Shown: positions 52,537 through 60,805 of the stretch, in pieces
How positions within the stretch are numbered: position 1 is the first letter of the stretch
Layout: each line of letters begins with the position of its first letter
Assembly: GCA_965220265.1 (NCBI GenBank)
Contig: CBDCPM010000003.1
Span: 23,673 to 87,672, forward strand
Source of the DNA: Dehalococcoidia bacterium
GTDB taxonomy: Bacteria; Chloroflexota; Dehalococcoidia; Lucifugimonadales; UBA3495
Direction: 5' to 3'
DNA: 64,000 nt
The notes under the pieces: generated by a model
What the model saw: only the letters and a program-made list of their open reading frames with translations
Databases searched by the model: none
Told to the model about the DNA's origin: nothing
Position numbers and translations under genes: made by a program

Positions 52537-52869
52537 TTACCGCAGCGTCCCCATCCGCAGCGCCGGCTGCAGATCTGCCGCGCCGGCAGCAACAGAAGGT
52601 CTGGCGGCGGTTTGTTCCGTCGGGATTAATTGCTTGGCCGCTTCCGTCACCACTTGCATCATCAGCGGCAGTACCCATTGTTTGACAGCTTCCGTGGCCT
52701 GCGCCTTGATGGAGGGGTTGTTGAGGTTGTCGATGAACTCCTTTCCGGTGTAGGTCAGCCTCGCGGGTCGAAGCTCGGATGCAACATTCGGGTCCTGCCC
52801 GTGCGCCGGGGGCTTGTTTTCTTTATTCAATATCATCATCGCCACGCGCTCCAACGTGATTTCTCGCAT
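52537..52869 (-). CDS. hypothetical protein (110 aa)
   Basis: ORF on the same strand as, and downstream of, the 1187-aa gene. No family recognised and no clear SD. Confidence 0.4.
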   Translation of the reverse strand: MREITLERVAMMILNKENKPPAHGQDPNVASELRPARLTYTGKEFIDNLNNPSIKAQATEAVKQWVLPLMMQVVTEAAKQLIPTEQTAARPSVAAGAADLQPALRMGTLR

Positions 52870-52952
52870 GGGGCGGAACGTGGGCGCATCTTTGGAGTCG
52901 GGAGACCAGCAATCGACGAAACCGCGGTCGATGGCAAAGCCACGTGGTATCG

Positions 52953-53138
52953 TCAGGCATCGACGCTCACCTCAGGCATACCGGGCAACTCCCAGGGTTC
53001 GACGTCGACCATTTTGTCGTCATCGTCGCCGGAGGTCTTGAGCCACGGCAGGACATGATAACCGTCCATTGCTTCGAGGATCTGCTGGAACGTATCCAGA
53101 TCGAACTCGGTGCGTTCTACATTGAATTCGCTTGGCAT
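52953..53138 (-). CDS. hypothetical small acidic protein (61 aa)
   Basis: Starts 19 nt after the stop of the 1187-aa gene, with GAGG upstream. Strongly acidic (DDDDK, many D/E). Confidence 0.5.
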   Translation of the reverse strand: MPSEFNVERTEFDLDTFQQILEAMDGYHVLPWLKTSGDDDDKMVDVEPWELPGMPEVSVDA

Positions 53139-53156
53139 GAAAAGCCTCGACTGGAC

Positions 53157-56100
53157 CTATGCATCCAGAGTGGACACGTCGAACCGGCCACTGGCTAGCA
53201 GGATTTCCAGTGCGCGCTCGGCGTTTTCGTGCACTTCCGGCTCACCGCTGGCCAGACCCGCTCTAAGAATTCGTTTCGCCGGCTCAGGTGTTATGTAGGC
53301 ATCGTCCTGGAACCTCACCACCAGCTTGGCAAAGCATTCGACGACTTTGCCGGTGTGCTCCGGAATCATTTCGGATATCGGCGCCCAGCGGTGCCAGAAG
53401 GAACCGCGGTCAAATTGGCATACGTCCAGAGCGCGGGAGTAGGCGTCCAGACGCCATTCTGCGCTGAGGCAATTGGCCTCCAGCCAGGAATCAAACCGCG
53501 CCAGCTCGCTGGGATCGCCCACCTCCAAGCGCCATTCGAAGAAGGCCTCATACCTGCTCTTGACGGCTTCGTCCAGTTCTCCTTTGTGGTGGCACAGGAT
53601 CCGGCCCACGTTTTCGAACAGGCCCGCCCAGTGCTGCCATCGTCCAACGGTGGCCAGGTAGTAACTTTCCAGCGGACTGCCGTCTCCCAGCAGCGGAAAC
53701 ATTCCGCTGGCGTGATATACGAGCAGTCGCTGACCAAGGGTGTCCAGCACCCGGGAGAGCGAGGGATCCTGTTCGGCGTGCGCCGGTATATTCTGCGCCG
53801 CGAAGGCGAAGTCGTCCACGAAGATTTCAAAGAGCCGCCGGTAGGGGCGATGATAGTATAGGAAAACGCCGAATGGGGCGATCCAGTCGCGCCAGTTGTG
53901 CCGCGGAAAGAAGTCGGACTTACGGGCCAGGGCCCAGGATTCATCCATGGCCAGGGCATCCAAGTATCCGATGCCCAGGAAAGCCCTCTCTGGAGTGGTC
54001 AGCGGATACTGAGCGGTCGGGGAGAATCGCCCCTCCAGGGTCGCCGTGATTGCCTCAACATCGGCCTGCGGATCATGATTCCGCAGCCACCGGCCAAACT
54101 TCAACAGGTCAGCCAGCGCGCGGCTCCGGGTGTTGTTGATGGCTCGCACAAACGCGTCTTCATGTCCTACGAACTCCCTCTGGTCCTCGTCCAGGTGCCA
54201 GTCGTATTCGGTGCACAGCGCCTCGAGCAGGGTGGGTAATCTGTCTTGGGCGACCAGCGGCATGGCGAGTCCGTTTTCCAAACCTACCGAGATCACCTTG
54301 CCCAGCAGGTCGCCAACCGCCCGGCGGCAGTTGCCCCAATAGGGATTGTTCCTTGTCCGGTCGCTGGGTTCGAGGCTGGGCTGGCGCTCCCGATCGGGGT
54401 GTGAGAGCACCCATTCGCAGAATTCCAGCCATTGGTCGAGATCACTTAGATCCTGCGCTTCAACTCGAGAGTTTATTGCACCGAGTATCTTGCGGACGTA
54501 GATGGGGCGTTCGATCCGGTGCCGGTTTCCGAGCCAGAAATGCAGACGGTCTGGAGTTGGGATTACCGCCCGTTGGAAGAGTTGCCCAAATGCGTCCGAC
54601 AGTGCGTCGACGGTGACCTCCGTCAGCCGATCTTCCGTATCGACGTGTTCGTCATCCCAGTTGTTGATGTAGGACAGCAGGTCCTCGTCTTCCAGGCCTG
54701 CCAGTTCTTCAACCGAAATGGGGCTGTGTCCGCTGATCATGCCCGCTCGCATGGGTCCAACCGGCATGTAATCCTCGTCTGAAACGGATATGCCTGCCTC
54801 TTGCTCCAGGTCCTGGAGGTAGTCCCGATACTTTCCGAAGAGTACGTTCCGGAACGGCTGCAGCTGCAGCCGGTGGAAGTTGCGTCGACGTCGTTCGAAC
54901 AGCTCCTCGGTGTAGTGCTCGCCCATAGACCTGAGGGTTGCCTCGCGGTCCGGCCCGTCCAGGATGGCTTCAAAGATGGGAGTCAGTTCCTCTTCAGTGA
55001 GTAGGTCATAGCCCAAGGTCTCGCAGGCGGAGCGCAGCATCTGCTGGAACTCGTAGTGGTATTGACGGTGGCCATGATCCTGGTGTTGGAGGATCTCCTG
55101 CCGTATCCAGGGTTTCGTCTGCTCATCGGGATGCAGCGCGTAGAGGTGCTGGCGCAGCCGTCGGAAGATCCGCCACCGCCGGTTGCGCAGTTCCTCATCC
55201 AGTGCTGCGGCCGAGTCTGGATCTCTCTCCCAAACCTGCTCACAGGCGTGCGTCATTGTGAGCACGAGGGTCTCGCTTGGTTGCAGCACCGCATCCGACG
55301 GCCCGTCCAGGCGCTGATACCAAATTTGCGAATAGTCCTCATCTCCGTCCCGGCCGAGTTCATCCTGGTGAAGTGTCTGCCGGATCAATCGGTTCAAGGC
55401 GGAGATGAGGAGGCGTGCGCTCTGATAGGGTTCTGCGGCGGCGAGTTGTCGAATGCCTTGTTCCATCAGCTGCAGATAGTCCCATTGCTCCAGGCGAGGA
55501 ACAGGCTGCAGCGCGGCCATCCAGTCGTGCGGGTTCTCTCTCCGCCGGGCCGCCTTTTCATCCCGTTCAGGGTCTGGGGCGAAATACACGATGCTCTTGG
55601 CGAGCTCCAGCGCGGCCGCTGTCTGTCCTTCGTCGGTCCAGTGAACCAGAAGTTCGACCAGCCTGTAGGACAGGATCGGCGTGAAAGCGCGCGTACAGCG
55701 GAGCGCTTCAGGCAGCAGTTGCGCCGATTGTTCCCCGGGGAGTTGCCGCGCGATGTCCAGTATTTCGTCGGAGATGCTCGCATTGTTGAACCTCGGCAAC
55801 TGCTGCACAATCGCTATGACTTCGTCAGGGACCAGCGCTGCCATCCTGACCAGGTACCGCATTGGCCACCAGGAAGGTACATGGACCTGTCCATCATCCA
55901 GTTCCTGGATGCTGGGAGGATGGGCGAAATATCCACGTTCTTTGAGTATCCCCACCCAGGACGGATCGGATGCACGGTTGAAGAAGAACGCGTAGTTTGC
56001 CCCCCGGCGGTCGATCAGCTCGAAGATGCGGTCCACGTCGGCCGTAGTTCTGCCGGCGTTGTCCAAGATTGACTGGATTTCCTGCTGGTCCTGGGCGGTG

Positions 56101-56720
56101 ATGGGCGCCAGCAGGTCCAACACGGTTCTTTCCAGAGTTCTCAGACAAGCGTCAAAGGCCTCTTCATCGTAAGACTGGTGATGTGCGAACGATTCCAGTT
56201 GTCGCCACAGGAGCACTATTGCGTCCCGTCTCCGGTCACGAGTCGCGCTGTCCATCTGGTCAACCAGAGGATCGACATTCGCCACGGCACCCTGGATTTG
56301 TTCACTACGGGTCGGCTGCTGGCTCAACCTGAAATACTCGGCGACCTCCCGTAATGTCTTGGCCAGACGGAGATCGATCTCTTCGCCTTCCCATCCGTCA
56401 GGGTAGCGCTGCAGGTCCTTGACGATGCGCGCGTTCAACTCCCTGCGTTTACCGTGGAGATTGAGTCGGCTGCCCGCGGGCAGATTGCTTTCCCCTACAG
56501 CCCTCGGCAATTTTTCCAAGAGCTCTCGCAGCGACTGTGCAGCTTGCGAGAACCGATCAGGGTTGTATGGGTTGTTCACTGCGTAGAGGGTGCCAAGGTA
56601 CCACTGGCTCAATCGGTACCGGTCGCTATCGTGCCTTTGGAGCGCCACAACGACCGCTCGTTGTGGCGCGGAAAGCTCAAGAGGCATCGCCTCCCTGGAT
56701 CCGTAGAAATCTTCCGTCAC
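53157..56720 (-). CDS. large (1187 aa) predicted all-alpha-helical protein of unknown function; N-terminal ~200 aa HEPN-like
   Basis: Long uninterrupted ORF with ordinary, non-repetitive composition, unlike shadow ORFs. It has no nucleotide-binding or known catalytic motif except WRQLESFAHH (R-x6-H) at aa 172-181. The helical-repeat character comes from sequence inspection only. Confidence 0.7.
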   Translation of the reverse strand: MTEDFYGSREAMPLELSAPQRAVVVALQRHDSDRYRLSQWYLGTLYAVNNPYNPDRFSQAAQSLRELLEKLPRAVGESNLPAGSRLNLHGKRRELNARIVKDLQRYPDGWEGEEIDLRLAKTLREVAEYFRLSQQPTRSEQIQGAVANVDPLVDQMDSATRDRRRDAIVLLWRQLESFAHHQSYDEEAFDACLRTLERTVLDLLAPITAQDQQEIQSILDNAGRTTADVDRIFELIDRRGANYAFFFNRASDPSWVGILKERGYFAHPPSIQELDDGQVHVPSWWPMRYLVRMAALVPDEVIAIVQQLPRFNNASISDEILDIARQLPGEQSAQLLPEALRCTRAFTPILSYRLVELLVHWTDEGQTAAALELAKSIVYFAPDPERDEKAARRRENPHDWMAALQPVPRLEQWDYLQLMEQGIRQLAAAEPYQSARLLISALNRLIRQTLHQDELGRDGDEDYSQIWYQRLDGPSDAVLQPSETLVLTMTHACEQVWERDPDSAAALDEELRNRRWRIFRRLRQHLYALHPDEQTKPWIRQEILQHQDHGHRQYHYEFQQMLRSACETLGYDLLTEEELTPIFEAILDGPDREATLRSMGEHYTEELFERRRRNFHRLQLQPFRNVLFGKYRDYLQDLEQEAGISVSDEDYMPVGPMRAGMISGHSPISVEELAGLEDEDLLSYINNWDDEHVDTEDRLTEVTVDALSDAFGQLFQRAVIPTPDRLHFWLGNRHRIERPIYVRKILGAINSRVEAQDLSDLDQWLEFCEWVLSHPDRERQPSLEPSDRTRNNPYWGNCRRAVGDLLGKVISVGLENGLAMPLVAQDRLPTLLEALCTEYDWHLDEDQREFVGHEDAFVRAINNTRSRALADLLKFGRWLRNHDPQADVEAITATLEGRFSPTAQYPLTTPERAFLGIGYLDALAMDESWALARKSDFFPRHNWRDWIAPFGVFLYYHRPYRRLFEIFVDDFAFAAQNIPAHAEQDPSLSRVLDTLGQRLLVYHASGMFPLLGDGSPLESYYLATVGRWQHWAGLFENVGRILCHHKGELDEAVKSRYEAFFEWRLEVGDPSELARFDSWLEANCLSAEWRLDAYSRALDVCQFDRGSFWHRWAPISEMIPEHTGKVVECFAKLVVRFQDDAYITPEPAKRILRAGLASGEPEVHENAERALEILLASGRFDVSTLDA

Positions 56721-57172
56721 TTTTGTATTCGTGCTCCTCGTTCGTATAGAAAAAGGTTGCCTGAGAATCGACCGAACCGCAACTCTGATTGTCGCGAGTC
56801 ACACGGTCTCATAGTTCAGACCGAGCGCGGGCCATAAATGGTTCCCGCTCTTAGCAACCAAGCCGTTCCATACCCCCTGTCCAAACCGAGCTGCCGCACC
56901 ATCGCCGGTAGCTGATGGCGAGTGTCGGGGGTATCTGACCAGTTGATGATCGCTGACGCGTCGAATGGATCCATGGACTCAGTTTATCAGCGACGTTGTC
57001 CGCAAGCAGGATGTTGCGGCGGGTACGTCCAACCATCCGAGAAAGGCATTCACTAACGAAAACGGTTCACCGGGGAAGATCCTGACAGGGCGAGCTTCAG
57101 TATCATGGCTCGCAAGATCAGACGTTACCGTACCGCCAAGTACAACCTCTCCGCCGCAGAGGTCTGGGCCCA

Positions 57173-57385
57173 TTACCAAGGACAGGGCCTCATCAATCCC
57201 CATTCGATGACATGGCCGCGGCTGTCACGGCAAGCTGGTGTGACGTAGATGCCCACCAACCGCCGTCGTATTGCGTAGTGTATGCGGGCGGGAGCCACGC
57301 CCAACTCTACCGCCAACTGGGGCACCGACCGTGGGCCATGGCTCAGGCAGCGCCCGATTTGACGGCACAGGTGGTCATACCCCAT
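57173..57385 (-). CDS. small helix-turn-helix protein translationally coupled to the recombinase
   Basis: Its start overlaps the recombinase stop (TGATG). PRSVPQLAVELGVAPARIHYAIRRRL looks like an HTH. Confidence 0.55.
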   Translation of the reverse strand: MGYDHLCRQIGRCLSHGPRSVPQLAVELGVAPARIHYAIRRRLVGIYVTPACRDSRGHVIEWGLMRPCPW

Positions 57386-58404
57386 CAGGCTTTCTTCTTC
57401 CGCTTGCGGGCATAGAGCTGGGCGACGACGCTGCGTCCGGCGAACTGAGACCCGACGTACCGGGCCACCGTTTGCGACGATTTCCAGCGGCCCACCGCCT
57501 GGAGCTGGGCCATGGTGGCGCCGGCGTCGGCCAGGTCGACGGCCATGCCCACGCGGCAGCTGTGGCCGCTGTAGCCCTCGCCCAGACCGGCAGCCAGCGC
57601 GGCGGCGGCGATGCGTTCGCTGATGGCGGCCGCCTTCAAGCCGAAAAGTCCCTTCTCGTCTTTGTCTCTCTCAAGCATCTGCCGTTGTCTGGGCCGGATC
57701 CGGTCCAGTGCCTTCATGGTGGGGGGTCCCAGGTAGAGCACCACGCCCTCGCCCTGCTGGTCGGTCTTGGACCAGGGTATGGTCAACCGGCCGGAGCCGT
57801 CCGGCTGGGGGGCGATGCGTTCCCAGCGGACTTCGGCGGCTTCGGAGCGGCGCAGCAGAGCGTCCCGCATTACCGAGATCAGGGCGATGTCCACCAGGCC
57901 GCGGCGACGGGCATTGGAGGGACGCTCCATCCCGCGGTCGGTCTTTCGGGGGATGCAGGCGGTGTCCCGGATCTTCTCCAGGTCCTCGGCGGTGAGGGGT
58001 TTGGCGCGTTTCTCCCGCTGTCCCGCTTCCTTGGCGCGGTTGACGAACCCCTTGATGACCATGGCCACCCTGTCGTTGCAGGGGCTGTCCTTTCCCGCCG
58101 ATCTGTGTTTGGCGGCGATGCTGGAAGCGTAGCCTCTCAGGGTGTTGGATTTCTTGCGGCCGTAGCCCTGTGTGAAGATGAATACGGCTACGGTTTCCGG
58201 GTCAGCCGGCAGGGATTGGAATCCCCTTGCCTCGCACCACTTCACGAAGGTCTCCCATTGCTGGTTCTGCTGATAGCGCGTGGTTTCAGCCCGACTTTCC
58301 TCGGCGACCTGGTTGACGAGTTTCTGCATCAGCTGACGCATGTTGGCCAAGTTGTCGGAGGGCGGCGGAGCCTCGGGCCCAGTAGTTAGTACGGGTGTAG
58401 TCAT
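57385..58404 (-). CDS. tyrosine recombinase, Cre-like subfamily
   Basis: LLRRSEAAEVRW (Arg I), SKTDQ (Lys), GHSCRVGMAVDLADAG (H-x-x-R), GRWKSSQTVARYV (Trp and catalytic Tyr). The N-terminal WETFVKWCEARG is like Cre. Confidence 0.85.
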   Translation of the reverse strand: MTTPVLTTGPEAPPPSDNLANMRQLMQKLVNQVAEESRAETTRYQQNQQWETFVKWCEARGFQSLPADPETVAVFIFTQGYGRKKSNTLRGYASSIAAKHRSAGKDSPCNDRVAMVIKGFVNRAKEAGQREKRAKPLTAEDLEKIRDTACIPRKTDRGMERPSNARRRGLVDIALISVMRDALLRRSEAAEVRWERIAPQPDGSGRLTIPWSKTDQQGEGVVLYLGPPTMKALDRIRPRQRQMLERDKDEKGLFGLKAAAISERIAAAALAAGLGEGYSGHSCRVGMAVDLADAGATMAQLQAVGRWKSSQTVARYVGSQFAGRSVVAQLYARKRKKKA

Positions 58405-58428
58405 TTTGTTTTCCTTCGGGATTAGCCA

Positions 58429-58529
58429 CTAAAACTTACAATGTGGTGTTTGACCATACATAATTTTTATAATAAAATCAAGAATAGTATAAAATCTCTC
58501 GGTATTAGCAATTAAAAACGGAGTATTTT
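58429..58529. promoter_or_regulatory. very AT-rich island with two direct repeats GGATTAGCCACTAAAAC / GGTATTAGCAATTAAAAAC; candidate recombination site and/or divergent promoters
   Basis: Read directly. GC drops sharply relative to the flanks. The repeats lie at 58429-58445 and 58511-58529. Confidence 0.4.
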
Positions 58530-58561
58530 AATGTTTCCTGGTGCACCGCTGCCGCTGGACC

Positions 58562-58657
58562 CCTTTGTCCCAGGCTCGCCTTTGTCCCAGGCCGCCGCAC
58601 GAATAAGCTCGTCCGTGCCCCCTTTTCAGGGGAGCCTGGGACAACGTATTGTCCCGG
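58562..58657. promoter_or_regulatory. operator-like TGTCCCAGG elements: two direct copies plus one inverted pair
   Basis: CCTTTGTCCCAGGC at 58562-58575 and 58579-58592. CCTGGGACA-ACGTAT-TGTCCCGG at 58635-58657, ending 2 nt before the next ORF. Confidence 0.5.
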
Positions 58658-58658
58658 C

Positions 58659-59642
58659 GTGGGGTATGATGGGATAATGCGGCCAGATCGAAAGCTCACT
58701 GACGACCAGGTGCGCTACGTCCGCACCTCGCTGAAATCCTCGGTCCAACTGGCCGCTGAGCTGGCAGTGGACCGGAAGGCGATCGACCGGGTCAGGCACC
58801 GGGAAACCTACAAGGATATCCCCGATGCGCCGCCCACCGCCGATCCTCCCGCCGCCCTGCGTCGCAACGACTACGTGTTGGGCGACGGCAAGGAGCTGAT
58901 GGGCCAGTTGCCTGATGGATATGCGGAGACCGTGGTTGCCATGCCGCCCTTGTTCCGGCCGCCGCACGCGAACCAGTCCCAGGTACGGAAGGCCAGGTCA
59001 AGCTATGTCGATCGCCAGAAGTCAATCATCCGGGAGGGTCTGCGCGTCGCCGGGCCCAACGGGGTGCTGCTATACGTGCATCGTTACGACCTGACGACCG
59101 ACCTGTTGGACGTTGGTCCCGGCGGCATTGCGGAGTTCTCCCCGGAGCAGGTCATCGTCTGGGATACCTTGACCAAAGAGGACCCACCCTCTGCTACCAT
59201 GCGCCGGGTCCCAGGGCAGCATCGCGCCATCTATGTTTTCGCCGGCGACCGCTGGCGCATCCCGCTGGAAATCAGGGACGAAGTCGCAAGCCGGGGAGAC
59301 ATATGGTGCTTCAAAGCACAACTCCGGGACGGTGTCTTGCGGGAATTCCCCGAGGAACTGGCCGATCGTCTCATCGCCATGGGCCGCGGGCGGGTGCTGG
59401 ATCCCTTCGCCGAGTTGGGCGCCATTGGACTGGCGGCGGCCAGGAAGAACCGGGAGTGGACTCTCTTCGGCAAGAGCGCCGTGGACCAGCGCACGTTTCG
59501 ACAAAGCCTGCAGGCCTTTTACCGCGAACGTGCTTTCCCAACAAAGACGGCGGTGCAATCCATGGGTCCGCGTCGGCAGAGCCGGTCCACCGGCCAAGGG
59601 CGATCGCGACCGGCTCCGCCGGATACGAAGCCGCTCTTCTGA
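58659..59642 (+). CDS. HTH plus N6/N4 DNA-methyltransferase-fold protein with degenerate catalytic and AdoMet motifs
   Basis: Collinear with the beta-class N6_N4 MTase layout. GDGKELMGQLPDGYAETVVAMPPLF occupies the place of ...DPPY, and FPEELADRLIAMGRGRVLDPFAELGAIGLAAARKNREW the place of ...DPFxGSGTT.... The start may be ATG 58677. Confidence 0.65.
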   Translation: MGYDGIMRPDRKLTDDQVRYVRTSLKSSVQLAAELAVDRKAIDRVRHRETYKDIPDAPPTADPPAALRRNDYVLGDGKELMGQLPDGYAETVVAMPPLFRPPHANQSQVRKARSSYVDRQKSIIREGLRVAGPNGVLLYVHRYDLTTDLLDVGPGGIAEFSPEQVIVWDTLTKEDPPSATMRRVPGQHRAIYVFAGDRWRIPLEIRDEVASRGDIWCFKAQLRDGVLREFPEELADRLIAMGRGRVLDPFAELGAIGLAAARKNREWTLFGKSAVDQRTFRQSLQAFYRERAFPTKTAVQSMGPRRQSRSTGQGRSRPAPPDTKPLF

Positions 59643-59799
59643 GTCCTCTGGGCTGCGCTCTGGATAAGCTTCCTGCAACCGCCCCGAAACTGTTTGCAGG
59701 GCGTGCCCGCTCCCTCGATTTTATGAGTACTAACTAACTAACTATATTAGAATCCGATGCGCGTCCGTCGCATGGCACGGATTGGTGCCGGAGGTTGGC

Positions 59800-60204
59800 A
59801 TGGTGATTGACCGGGAGCAGAGGTATCGGGACATGGTGATGCGGGGTAAATACCGGAGACTGTATGCGCACCTCTGTGGCCTGCGCTCCCATGAGTGGAG
59901 CGCTTCCTTCGCCGAAGTGGAGGCGGTCCTGGGTTTCCAACTCCCCCTGTCGGCCCGTATGCACCGGCCCTGGTGGGCCAATCAAAGTCGGGGCAACGGG
60001 CACGGCCATGCCCTGGCCTGGACCATGGCCGGATGGGAGACCGCCGCCGTTGACATGGAGGCTGAGACACTGTTGTTCCGGCGCAAGCACTCCGCACCCG
60101 AGCGCGGGGGCACCCTCGATGAACTCTGGCCCGTTCACTCCGCCGGGGCATGGCCGGCAGACCTGAGCCTTCGCCGGGATAACATCTACGACGAGAGGAT
60201 TTAG
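59800..60204 (+). CDS. VapB-like antitoxin with an extra N-terminal domain
   Basis: GGAGG lies 6 nt before ATG 59800. The N-terminal KYRRLYAHLCGL...ASFAEVEAVLGFQLPLSARMHRPWWAN resembles a small conserved domain of uncertain name. The C-terminal tail ...WPADLSLRRDNIYDERI ends directly upstream of a PIN gene. Confidence 0.6.
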   Translation: MVIDREQRYRDMVMRGKYRRLYAHLCGLRSHEWSASFAEVEAVLGFQLPLSARMHRPWWANQSRGNGHGHALAWTMAGWETAAVDMEAETLLFRRKHSAPERGGTLDELWPVHSAGAWPADLSLRRDNIYDERI

Positions 60205-60212
60205 GGCGGCCG

Positions 60213-60635
60213 ATGTTCATCGATACCAACATCCTGGTGAACGCCCGCATCCGCGAGGCGCCGCACCACGAGGTCGCCAGGGCCGGTTTGGAAAGTGCCC
60301 TTCGCGGTCCCGAGCCTCTGCGCATCAGCCGCCAGGTCATGCGCGAGTATCTGGCGGTCGTGACCCGTCCTCAGCCCTGGCCGGTGCCCATAACCCGCGG
60401 GGAGGCGCTCGACGACATCGGCCGCCTGAACCGGGTTTTCGAGGTGCTTGAGGATGGCCCACGGGTGACCGAGGCGCTGGTGACCCTGTGTCGGGATGTT
60501 GAGGTGGGAGGACGGCAGGTTCACGACGCCAACATCGTGGCCACCATGCTGGCCCACGGCGAGCGCCGGCTGCTCACTTTCAACGGCGCGGACTTCCGGC
60601 GCTACGAACAGCGAATTGAACTGGTAACCGCCTGA
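60213..60635 (+). CDS. vapC: PIN-domain toxin
   Basis: MFIDTNILV... (Asp 4), ...HDANIVATML..., ...LLTFNGADF. This is the classic acidic quartet spacing of VapC. Confidence 0.85.
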   Translation: MFIDTNILVNARIREAPHHEVARAGLESALRGPEPLRISRQVMREYLAVVTRPQPWPVPITRGEALDDIGRLNRVFEVLEDGPRVTEALVTLCRDVEVGGRQVHDANIVATMLAHGERRLLTFNGADFRRYEQRIELVTA

Positions 60636-60805
60636 CTTCCGGCCAGCTCCATGTCCGGTTCCACCGACCCGGCAGCCGGCCCCCTGCCGATTTCAGACAT
60701 GGGTTCCCCACGCTCGTATCGAGCGGCTGCAGCCGGCGCTTCCGGCAACCCGGCGTACTCTGCCGCCTTCTCATAATCACATCCGATGACCACGGAGGTC
60801 ATGCC

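Noticed and set aside
57106-57249. 48-codon plus-strand ORF MARKIRRYRTAKYNLSAAEVWAHYQGQGL... between the large-protein operon and the recombinase.
   Set aside because: It is short, I see no SD, and it overlaps the better-supported HTH ORF on the other strand. It may be a fragment of something, but it is not callable.
60602-60802. Minus-strand 66-codon ORF (MTSVVIGCDYEKAAEYAGLPEA...), divergent from the HEPN-like gene and overlapping the vapC 3' end.
   Set aside because: It has no SD and no family match, and it overlaps a well-supported gene. It is possibly a real small partner of the HEPN-like protein, but I cannot support that from sequence alone.
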